Shown: positions 10,199 through 20,630 of the stretch, one piece after another
Layout: every line of letters begins with the position of its first letter
Numbering within the stretch: position 1 is the stretch's first letter
DNA from: Callorhinchus milii
Lineage: Eukaryota
Length of the DNA stretch: 64,000 nucleotides
Direction of reading: 5' to 3'
NCBI RefSeq assembly: GCF_018977255.1
Contig: NW_024704768.1
Span: 3,720,001 to 3,784,000 of the forward strand
The notes under the pieces: model-generated
Database searches by the model: none
What the model was told of the DNA's origin: nothing
Seen by the model: only the letters and a program-made list of their open reading frames with translations
Translations under genes and position numbers: made by a program

Positions 10199-12570
10199 CT
10201 GTGTGTGTGTATCTGTGTGTGTGTGTGTGTGTGTGTGTCTCTCTCTGTGACAGTTTGTGTGTGTTTCTGTGTGTGTTTCTCCCTCTCTAGTTGTGTGTGT
10301 CTCTCTCAGGCTGTGTGTCTCAGGCTGCGTGTGTGTGTGTGTGTGTGTGTGTCTCAGGCTGTGTGTGTGTGAGTCTNNNNNNNNNNNNNNNNNNNNNNNN
10401 NNNNNNNNNNNNNNNNNNNNNNNNNNNNNNNNNNNNNNNNNNNNNNNNNNNNNNNNNNNNNNNNNNNNNNNNNNNNNNNNNNNNNNNNNNNNNNNNNNNN
10501 NNNNNNNNNNNNNNNNNNNNNNNNNNNNNNNNNNNNNNNNNNNNNNNNNNNNNNNNNNNNNNNNNNNNNNNNNNNNNNNNNNNNNNNNNNNNNNNNNNNN
10601 NNNNNNNNNNNNNNNNNNNNNNNNNNNNNNNNNNNNNNNNNNNNNNNNNNNNNNNNNNNNNNNNNNNNNNNNNNNNNNNNNNNNNNNNNNNNNNNNNNNN
10701 NNNNNNNTNNNNNNNNNNNNNNNNNNNNNNNNNNNNNNNNNNNNNNNNNNNNNNNNNNNNNNNNNNNNNNNNNNNNNNNNNNNNNNNNNNNNNNNNNNNN
10801 NNNNNNNNNNNNNNNNNNNNNNNNNNNNNNNNNNNNNNNNNNNNNNNNNNNNNNNGTGTGTGTGTGTGTCTCAGGCTGTGTGTGTGTGTCTCAGGCTGTG
10901 TGTGTGTGAGTGTCTCAGGCTGTGTGTGTGTGAGTGTCTNNNNNNNNNNNNNNNNNNNNNNNNNNNNNNNNNNNNNNNNNNNNNNNNNNNNNNNNNNNNN
11001 NNNNNNNNNNNNNNNNNNNNNNNNNNNNNNNNNNNNNNNNNNNNNNNNNNNNNNNNNNNNNNNNNNNNNNNNNNNNNNNNNNNNNNNNNNNNNNNNNNNN
11101 NNNNNNNNNNNNNNNNNNNNNNNNNNNNNNNNNNNNNNNNNNNNNNNNNNNNNNNNNNNNNNNNNNNNNNNNNNNNNNNNNNNNNNNNNNNNNNNNNNNN
11201 NNNNNNNNNNNNNNNNNNNNNNNNNNNNNNNCTCCCTGTCTGTGTAGAAGGTGCGGCCCGGAGGTGGGGGGTGCGGCCCGGGGGGAGGGGGTGCGGCCCG
11301 GGGGGGGAGTGCGGGTTCCGCAGTTACAGGGACAGTAGCGCCGCTGGACAGCGGGTGAGTGAAACTTGGCTTTGGGGATAATTTTTGCGGAGGGGAAAAA
11401 ATTGAGGAGGTCCCGAGTTCCTGAGGACTCTTTTGCCTCTGATTCTCTCCTTCATATGTCTGTCTCTCACTGTGTGTCTCTGTCTCTCTCTGAGTGTGTG
11501 AGTCTCTGTGAGTGTGTGTGTGTGTGTCTCAGTGTGTGAGTGTCTCTGAGTGTGTGAGTGTCTCAGTGTGTGAGTGTCTCAGTGTGTGAGTGTCTCTCTG
11601 AGTGTGTGTCTCTGAGTGTGTGAGTGTCTCTCTGAGTGTGTGTGTGTCTCTTTCTGAGTGAGTGTGTGTGTCTCTGAGTGTGTGAGTGTCTCTGTGTGTG
11701 TGTGTGTGTGTGTGTCTCTGAGTGTCTCTCTGAGTGTGTGTGTGTCTCTTTCTGAGTGAGTGTGTGTCTCTGAGTGTGTGTGTGTGTCTGAGTGAGTGTG
11801 TGCGTGTGTGTCTCTGAGTGTGTGTGTGTCTCTCTGAGTGTGTGTGTGTCTCTCTCTCTGAGTGAGTGTGTGTGTCTCTGAGTGTGTGAGTGTCTCTGAG
11901 TGAGTGTGTGCGTGTGTGTGTTTCTGAGTGTGTGTGTTTCTGAGTGTGTGTGTCTCTCTGAGTGTGTGAGTGTCTCTCTGAGTGAGTGTGTGTGTCTCAG
12001 AGTGTGTGTGTGTCTCTCTGAGTGTGTGTGTGTGTCTCTCTCTGAGTGAGTGTGTGTCTCTCTCTGAGTGAGTGTGTGTGTCTCTGAGTGTGTGTGTGTC
12101 TCTCTGAGTGAGTGTGTGCGTGTGTGTGTCTCTGAGTGTGTGTGTGGTGAATGTCTGAGTGTGTGTGAGTTTCTTTATCACTGTGTATTGTGTGTGACTC
12201 TCTCTCACTGTGTGTCTCCCTCACTCTGTCTGTCACTGTGTGTGTGTGTGTGTGTGTGTGAGTTTCTCTGTCACTGTGTGTGTGTGTGAAAGTGTGTGTT
12301 TCTCTTGTGTCACTGTGTGTGTGAGTGTGTGTGTTCTCCCTCTGTGTCACTGTGTGTGTGAGTGTGTGTGTTCTCCCTCTGTGTCACTGTGTGTGTGAGT
12401 GTGTGTGTTCTCCCTCTGTGTCACTGTGTGTGTGAGTGTGTGTGTTCTCCCTCTGTGTCACTGTGTGTGTGAGTGTGTGTGTTCTCCCTCTGTGTCACTG
12501 TGTGTGTGAGTGTGTGTGTTCTCCCTCTGTGTCACTGTGTGTGTGTGTGCGTGTGAGAGAGAGAGTGTGT
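10160..12570. repeat. (TG)n / (TGAG,TC)-rich compound micro/minisatellite block with N gaps
   Basis: Seen directly; includes a ~36-bp tandem unit of GTGTGTGTGAGTGTGTGTGTTCTCCCTCTGTGTCACT type at ~12310-12540. Confidence 0.95.
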
Positions 12571-13519
12571 TACCCTCTCTGTGTGTAGCTTTGTGGGTTC
12601 AGAGACTGAAACCATTTCTGTAACTCTGAACAAAGTTTGTCATCTTAAGGCGTTTTTAAACAGGAGATCACCAGATTTGGAATGAGAAGTGCCTCAAATC
12701 CGCTCTGGTCTGAGGGGAAGTGGTGAGCCTTCAGATTGAGGTGAAAAAATGAGGATATTTTTGCATTAAATGATCTTATAAGTGGGTCTGGGTGGGCTGG
12801 CTGTCTACCTCCTGTGCCTGTTTTCTTGTATCGGTCAAGAGGCAGGGAACATTATTGATCAAACTTATTGATTACCGATCCCACCTGAGGACTTTCCTCT
12901 TTGACCGTATCTACGATTTCCCCTCCTATCTCTACCCCCCCACCCCACCACCCCCCAGAGTCAGGCTCCGCCACTGTTAAGCGCTCTGAGACGCTGCCCT
13001 GCGTGAAAGGAGCACTATAAATGCAGCGACAACTTATTATAATAATAATCCTCGCGCTTGATACAGCATCTTCGAGACGTCTCAAAGCGCTTCGCGGGAT
13101 ATACCGTCAAGTGAATCGCCTGTATGTTTTGTGGGCGAAAATGACAGTTTACACAACGCCTTTCGGGTCGGGAGGAGGTCCCGAGGCGCTGGATTTGGAA
13201 CCCGAGCTGGGGGTTGGGATCAGGAGGGGGTGGGGGGGGTGACCGAAGGCGCGGTTGGTCGAAGAAGAGGGTCTTGAGACGTGCCTCGGAGGAGGCGAGG
13301 GCTGGTGGGGTGGGGGGGGGGTGAGGCGAAGGGACCGTGGGAATGGAGTTCCGGGGGGGGGGGGAGGCAGAGAGGCTGAAGGTTGTTGTCGTCCTGATCG
13401 ATTATCCCTATTGATTGATTGATTGATTGATTGATTTCCCCCTTAGTGTCAGAGTGTTTGAGTGACAGGAACTTGGTTCAATCCCTTGACCCAATGTAAC
13501 GGGGGGGGAGGAATCTCCG

Positions 13520-13650
13520 GTCTGATTGGCTGGGTCGGACGCCGATCACATCCATCAGCCAATCAGGAGCCTGGAAAGGCGGGACAATGTGTGTCCGGAC
13601 CAATCAGCGTGACGCAGGGGCGGGCCCTGTGCCGGGTACTTCCGCGTTTG
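13520..13650. promoter_or_regulatory. Orphan CCAAT/E2F/CRE/GC/ETS promoter-like cluster
   Basis: ATTGG 13525, CCAAT 13559 and 13600, GGCGGGA 13578, TGACGCA 13610, GGGGCGGG 13617, ACTTCCG 13638. Confidence 0.55.
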
Positions 13651-13799
13651 TTGCTTCTCGGTCCAAAGTCCCTTTTGGGGTTGAATTGACTCAGAATTTA
13701 ACCCTTTTTTTGTGAAATCACTGTCATCATCGTCTTCATCATCGTCGTCATCGTGGTCCTCGTCAGCCACGTATTTGATGTGTCGCGTCGCCGCGACGT

Positions 13800-14159
13800 C
13801 CCTCAAAAGCAACACACTGCAAAGTGTAGTGACTGTCTTATTCTGCGGACCAATCGCGACAGCCCATTGCACACGGCGGCGTTCCCAATCCCCCCCCCCC
13901 CCCCCCACCACCACACACGCGCGCACGAACAGCCGTGGATTGAAGGGACCAATTTATTATATATTTTTTTATCCGAAGGGATTATTACCCCCGGAAAAGC
14001 CATCCATCGATCGACTAACAATTGGGTTCCTATTTGCTGGGAAAACAGAGGCGTGGGTGTGGGCGTGGAGTAAAGGAAATGTCTCGCCCTGTCACGGAAT
14101 CGAACCCAGGTCCTCTCGCTTGCGAGGCGAGTGCTCTAACCGCTGAGCAACAGGACTCC
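13800..14159 (-). mobile_element. tRNA-derived SINE
   Basis: Reverse tRNA head ends CAGGACTCC at 14159; the family body motifs are present. Confidence 0.85.
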
Positions 14160-16655
14160 ACTGTTGTCTACAGCTACAGAACAAATTATCTGCCCCGTTT
14201 GCATGCAAAATACACAGTCGGCAATAACCTATGAAGCGCTTTAAGACGTCTCGGACGATGTGATAAGGAGCTATGATCAAACCCGAGGATGATTCTAATT
14301 TTTTTTCCCTCTGACCAAACATTTCCTGGATTATACCTCTCTCTGGGTTAATACGCCAAATCTCCTCGCCTTTCGCTTACTCTTTCCGTTGATCCTGAAT
14401 TGAACTCTGTGAATCTGATGATTTTCTTTTGCCCACGTAGTTGTTGTTGTTTGCGTGGGGTGAAAGCGATGTTAAGGAGAGCAAAGCAGAAGCATAGTTG
14501 TGTATAGGCATTGATTTTATGGTTCATTGTCCCTTAGATGTGGCCCTTTGAATTTAGCTGATAACGTGAATCAATGAATTAATTCTGTGGTATTGGATCA
14601 AACAAAGTCTGGTATTTAAAGGACACACCTTTGAACAACGTCTTTACTATGTCAACATGTCTGGTTCTGCTTGTCTCGTTCTAACGAGTGCTTGATCCTT
14701 CTGACGAGGTGTCAATCCGACGTTCTCTCTCTGTCCCCGGCTGGACCTTTAAGGATGCCACACTGTGGGAGAGGGAGGGAAAGAGAAGGGAGTCATTGTG
14801 TTAGGAGGACGTCTTCGCAGGATTTACTGTGAAGTGTAATGACTGTGCTTTCTTAGCTCATCGGAAATACGAGCGCTGTGTTTTNNNNNNNNNNNNNNNN
14901 NNNNNNNNNTGTAAGTAATGCCTTGGAGATGTTTGCAGTTTACTCACACGTACACACCCTCTCGCTTGCCAGGAAAGAGCGCTCTATGTTCAAGGACTGA
15001 ACATCAACAGCCCTTTGGGGTAGTGACTTCCATACATTCACCGCCCTAGCGCCTTGGGACGTCCTCTCGACCTGACAGGCGCTTTACAAATGTAATTTTA
15101 TTGTTGTTGTTCACCCGGCCGTAAGCAGGAAGCCGGTTGTTAGTCAATCGGTGGATGGCTTTTCTGCAGATAATAATCCCTTTTTAAGCAAAAAACTTAG
15201 GTCACCCAATCCACGACTGTTTGTGGGACGCTGCTGTGAGAAATTGGCTGCCAAATTTCGCCTGCAAAGTACACAGCCAATTCACTTTATAGTATATTCT
15301 GTGAAGCTCTTTGAGACGTCTCGAAGACGTGATTAGATGCTGCAATCAAATGTAAATATTATCATGCTTGTGTCACCTGATTCATACACCGACTGTCATT
15401 ACTCAGGAATGTTCCGATTCCCTGACAGATAGTTATTTCACAGAATCTGCCCACAATGTGATCCTTGGAAAGAAATTCCAGCTGGTTACGATTGGCAGAC
15501 GAGTAGGTCTGTGATGTTTGCCCAGTGCGAGGGGCGCTATATACGTACAAGTTGTTGTTGCAGTGGTGGTGATAGAAAGGAGAGGGAGGGTTCGTAAACA
15601 CAGAGAGCGAGGGAGAAAGAGGGAGAGCGCGGGAGAGAGAGAAAGAAACAAATGCTTAAAGCCGTACCTAATCCTCTGTCAGTAACGTTGCTGCTGAATC
15701 ATCATCATAATAATTAATGAATAACAGTCACAATCCTCTGGTTTGATCCAGGGCCTCTCATCGCACCTTTGAGTCGCCTCTCAAAGGGCTTCCGCGGGAT
15801 ACGCCGCACAGTGTAGTGACTGTGCGTGTCTTCGAGGTGCGGAAATTTAAATCTGCTTTCATTTCTCGCCGAAATCGAAACCTTTGCCGCTTTTAATCCA
15901 GTCTCAGCCTTACTATTAATTCTAATAATAATGAGATTTGTCACGGCGGCTTTCGCATCAGGAGGACTCCCACACACCCCCCCCCCACCCCCCCACCCCC
16001 AAAGTGCCCGCCAGGACAACGCTGTGTGTTTTTTGTGGTCGAACACGGCAATGTTCCACCAGCACAGAGCCAAAACGGGCTCAGGGCTCAGACCGGTGAG
16101 AAGTCGGGAGGCCGGCGGTGGTGATGGGGGGGGGGGGGGAATCCCCTGCTGTTCATTTCCTTCCCCCGCCAACGCTCTCTCTCTCTCTCTCTCTCTCTGC
16201 TGTCACACACAGGCCCTGAGCTGTCAGCCGCTCCACAAGGTTTCACTCCGCACTGTGCATCCGTCCCCGTCCCCCGTCCCCCCCCCCGGTCAGGGTTAGA
16301 GACGCAGTCTCTCTACACTGGACCGGCAGTGTTCCTGGCTGGGGGGGGGGGGGTGTGCGTGTGTGTCTCTGAGGGTGTGTGTGTGTGTGTGTGTGGGGGG
16401 GAATTGCCCGGCCCGAGGCTGTGGTGACCTCAGAGCTGCTGTGGTTTGAGTGTGTGGGAGGGCGGGGGTGTGAGTGTTATATTACCCCCCCCACCCCGCC
16501 CACCCACCGCCCACTGTACACAGCCTCAGGAAGTGGGGGCTGTGCCACAAGCAGCTCCGGGAAATCCCAGGCTGACTGCGAGTGAGGTGGTGGGGGGGGG
16601 GGGGGGGCAGCGTGTGTGGGGGCGAGGGGAGGGGGGCGCTGTGTATAATTCAACT

Positions 16656-16744
16656 TTACCCCCCCCCCACCCCGCTACGAGCTGGCTCTGGTCTCCTGCT
16701 TGCCCTTCGTCCCCTCCGCTCCACCACGAGCCAGTCACTACGCC
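16656..16744 (-). CDS. NAB2: Possible terminal coding exon of NAB2
   Basis: ttcag|GG phase-1 acceptor, RSDWLVVERRGRRASRRPEPARSGVGGG*; only weak resemblance to the NAB2 C-terminus. Confidence 0.3.
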
Positions 16745-17023
16745 CTGAAGCTTTGGGACTTTCTCTCCCCCCCCGATCCCTCCGTCTCGCCCCACCCGCC
16801 ACCCCCCCCCACCCCCCTTTCCTCTCTTTTAGCTCACGACTGAAGACCACCCTCTTCGACCGTCCTTACGGTCACCCCTACCCCCACCCCCACCACCGGC
16901 TTGGCCTCAGGCTCCGCCACCGTCAAGCACCCCGAGACTCTGGCTCGCGCGAAGGGCGCCGTGTAAAGGCAAGTTGTTGTCGTTGTTGTCGTCGTCGTTG
17001 CGTAGGGCGCGAGGTTTACCCAC

Positions 17024-17141
17024 CGTGCGTGTTGGCGCCCGGGCTCCCCTCTGATTGGCCGCTGCTGTGCTCCGCCCGGTCCTGGCCGCACCCCTCGTGG
17101 GCGGGACTCTGAGGCTCCGACCCCTCACCCCCCGACACGAC
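17024..17141 (-). CDS. NAB2: NAB2 internal exon (low-complexity region after LKQE)
   Basis: tttttcgtggcaaag|GTC..G|gtgggt, 118 bp, phase 0 to 1; VVSGGEGSEPQSPAHEGCGQDRAEHSSGQSEGSPGANTH. Confidence 0.6.
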
Positions 17142-17377
17142 CTTTGCCACGAAAAACACACACGCACGCACAGTCACTACACCTTCCGGGCGTGGTGCGC
17201 GCGCGTGTTCCCCCCCCCCCAACCCCCGTGAAGCGCTTTGTGACGTCTCGAAGGTACAAGTTATAATACAAGACGGGTTTGGGGTGAAATCTCCCAAAGG
17301 TTCGGTGGGGAGAAGGCGGTGGTGGGGGTGGGGGGGCGCGGGGGAGAGAGGGTGGGGGTAACCCCCGATCTTCTTAC

Positions 17378-17429
17378 CTCTTGTTTCAGCCTCTTGTCTC
17401 GTGGGGGACTTGTCTCCTCTGGGCTTGAT
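17378..17429 (-). CDS. NAB2: NAB2 short exon
   Basis: tttcag|A..GAG|gtaag, 52 bp; SSPEETSPPRDKRLKQE aligns with mammalian NAB2 LHPEELGGPPLKKLKQE. Confidence 0.85.
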
Positions 17430-17885
17430 CTGAAAGTGATATAAATTCACCCGAAAATGAACCAAAGAAAACCTCACAGCTTTCGGTAACTTGGGGACAG
17501 TCCATAGTCCCTTCTCCCCCACAACCCCCCCCCACCCCACCCCCCACCACACCCCACCCCCCGCCTAACAAGTGGGTCTAAACGTCCGGGCGGGCAGTGT
17601 GTGTCTCTCGTAACCACTGGAACTCCATCCCACAGCCCCTCCACCTCGCCCCCCTCCACCCTCACCCTCGCCTCCTTGAAGGCGCGCCTCAGGACCCTCC
17701 TCTTCGACTGCCTGCACCCTCGGTCGCCCTCCTGCCCCCTCTCCCTCCCTCCCTACCTTTCACCCCCCCACCCCCCTGATCCCAACCCCCCAGCTCGGGT
17801 GCAAAGCCCTCGTTGTCCAGCGCCTTGGGACGCCTTGGGAGGAGGGGGGTGGGGGCGATAAGTGTAACTTGTTGTCGTGCGTTAC

Positions 17886-18424
17886 CTGCGGGTCCTGTCC
17901 GGGTGAGGGTAAGCGCAGTCCCGTGCCGCCGGGCGACAGACGGAGAAGAGATCGACTCGACGCATCACCAGGGTCCGGTCTTGGAGGCACAGCCGAGTAT
18001 TGGCGGGGGCGGTGGGTGGGGGTCCTTCGCTGGCCGGGGAGCGGGGCGGGGGCTGGGAGTCGTGTCCGGCGCTGGTGCCCCCCGACCCCGACTCCGCCGT
18101 CTTCCTCTTGAGCTGCCGGGGGCCGTGGCCGTGGTGGTGGGGGAGGGGGACGCCGGGCAGGGGGAGGGTGGGGAGGGGCTGGCTGAGGAGACCGGGGTTC
18201 GAGCCCCACTCTCGCAGGGCCTTCTGCAGCCGCCGCACGTGGAGGGGTTTATTGGCCATTCCCACCAGCACCATGATCTCCAGGAACTCGGCCTCCCCCG
18301 CCTCACACAGCTGGCGGACATCGTCCCCCCCCTGCTGGATGAAGGTCTGGTAGTAAGCCAACAGGTTCGCTCGCTGCAGCAGTCGGTACAGCTGGAGCTC
18401 CCCCAGGCTGGTGGGTAGGGTCAT
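17886..18424 (-). CDS. NAB2: NGFI-A binding protein 2, main exon (NCD1 plus the tail of NCD2)
   Basis: [66 protein letters not shown] is NCD1; acceptor at 18431; ends [30 protein letters not shown]|gtaacg. Confidence 0.93.
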
Positions 18425-19164
18425 CGCTGGCCTGGGGGTAGAGGGGGAGGGGAGGTGGGAGTGGGGGGTTTGGGTGGGGAAACAGAGAGAGGTAGGAGGG
18501 GGAGAGATGGAGGAAGGACGGGGGGGGGGGGTGTGGGAGTGAGAGATAGGGGGTAGGCGGAGAGAGTTGGGAAGGAGGGGGAGGTGGGGAACAGAGTGGA
18601 GGAGGGGGAGAGAGAGAGATGGGGGAGAGAAAGGGGGGGAGGAACAGAGGAGAAGGGAGAGATGGGGGAGACAGTGGGGCGGGGGACGGGGACATAGAGG
18701 AGGAGGGAGAGAAGGTGGAAGGGGGAGAGATGGAGGAGGAGAGAGGTGGAACAGACCGGGGAGGTGGGGGCGGGGGCGGGGGGGAAGGGAGAGATAGGGG
18801 AGAGGAGAGATGTGGGAATGAGAGAGGGGGGGGAGAGTAGGGGAAAAAGGAGGAGAGAGGTGGGGGGGGGGGAGGGGGGGGTGAAGAGAGGGGGTGAAGG
18901 GGGAGAGAGAAAATAGACATACGTTACATTCCTGAAATTCTGCCTCGAAATCTGTGCTCAGAATTGTGGTGAATTCTTAACTTTGTTTTAAATTGTNNNN
19001 NNNNNNNNNNNNNNNNNNNNNNNNNNNNNNNNNNNNNNNNNNNNNNNNNNNNNNNNNNNNNNNNNNNNNNNNNNNNNNNNNNNNNNNNNNNNNNNNNNNN
19101 NNNNNNNNNNNNNNNNNNNNNNNNNNNNNNNNNNNNNNNNNNNNNNNNNNNCCACGGCTGTTCT

Positions 19165-19480
19165 GTGTGTGTTTCTCAGCGCCTATACAAATGCGATGTG
19201 TTATTGTTGTGTGTGTGTGTGAGTGTGTTTACATCGGTGCGCGTGTGTGTCTGTGTCTGTCTGTGTCAGTATGTGTGTGTGTGTCTATCTGTCCATGTGT
19301 GTGTGTGTGTGTGTGTGTGTGCGTTGCGCGTGCGTCTCTGTCTGTCAGTATGTGTGTGTGTATCTGTCTGTGTATATCTGTCAGTCCGTGTGCGTGTGTG
19401 TCGGTGTCTGTGTGTGTCAGTACGTGTCTATGTTTGTCTGTCACTGTGTCCGTGTCAGTATGCGTGTGCGTTTGTCTGTC

Positions 19481-19518
<38 letters not shown>

Positions 19519-20630
19519 AGTCTGTCTCTCGTGATCAGGTCGGAGGTCAGTTGGAAACTGCCAATTTTTAGTAATAAGAGTAAATAATCCTTCACATTGT
19601 TGCAGCGCTTTCCAAGTCAAGAGGCCGGGATTAATCAGGGTTCTGTGTGGGCGGATGCAAGTGGGTGTGCGAGTGTGAGCGTGGGCGTGTGCAGCGCGTG
19701 CGCGTGTGGTGTGTGTGTGGGAGGCATGTTCGTATGTGTGTGTGTGTGTGTGTGCACACAAGTCGTGGAATGAGAGAGAGAGAGAGAGAGGGGTTATTAT
19801 ATCTATAAACCCCTCACTTCAAACTCACTCTACAAACCTCTTTTTTTCCTTGTTTCAATCCCCCCCCCCCACCCCCTCCCCACACACACGCACAGCAGAC
19901 ACAGACACACACGCAGACACAGACACGCGCACACAGCAGATACGGACACACAAATCCACACACACATACACACGCACAACAAACACGGACACACAAGCAC
20001 ACATACATACACACACACACACAGCAGACTCGGACACACACACACACNNNNNNNNNNNNNNNNNNNNNNNNNNNNNNNNNNNNNNNNNNNNNNNNNNNNN
20101 NNNNNNNNNNNNNNNNNNNNNNNNNNNNNNNNNNNNNNNNNNNNNNNNNNNNNNNNNNNNNNNNNNNNNNNNNNNNNNNNNNNNNNNNNNNNNNNNNNNN
20201 NNNNNNNNNNNNNNNNNNNNNNNNNNNNNNNNNNNNNNNNNNNNNNNNNNNNNNNNNNNNNNNNNNNNNNNNNNNNNNNNNNNNGACACACACGGGAGAC
20301 ACGGACACACAGACACACACAGCAGACACGGACACACACACACACACACACACAGCAGACACAGACACACACGCAGACACAGACATGCGCACACAGCAGA
20401 TACGGACACACAAACCCACACACACATACACACGCGCAACAAACACGGACACACAAGCACACACACAGCAGACACGGACACACACACACACACAGCAGAC
20501 ACGGACACACAGATACAAGACACACGCGCGCGCGCGCACACACACACACACACACATACAGCAGACACACACGCATACAGCAGACACACACGCATACACA
20601 ACAGACACACACACAGACACGCAGACACCA
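19165..20630. repeat. (TG)n/(CA)n compound microsatellite block in a NAB2 intron
   Basis: Seen directly; further such blocks lie at ~22534-23011. Confidence 0.9.

Noticed and set aside
9602-12398. Long ORFs rich in CV/HT/X (also at 18993-23987, 33034-33716, 59875-63034)
   Set aside because: They are translations of (TG)n/(CA)n microsatellites and N gaps, not genes
13722-13765. Poly-Asp / poly-Ser ORF segment
   Set aside because: It is a (TCA/TCG)n trinucleotide run next to a SINE tail, with no exon boundaries
14645-14680. Possible p53 element (CAACATGTCT ... CTGCTTGTCT), given that GLS2 is a p53 target
   Set aside because: Only imperfect, separated half-sites about 9 kb from the GLS2 start; expected by chance
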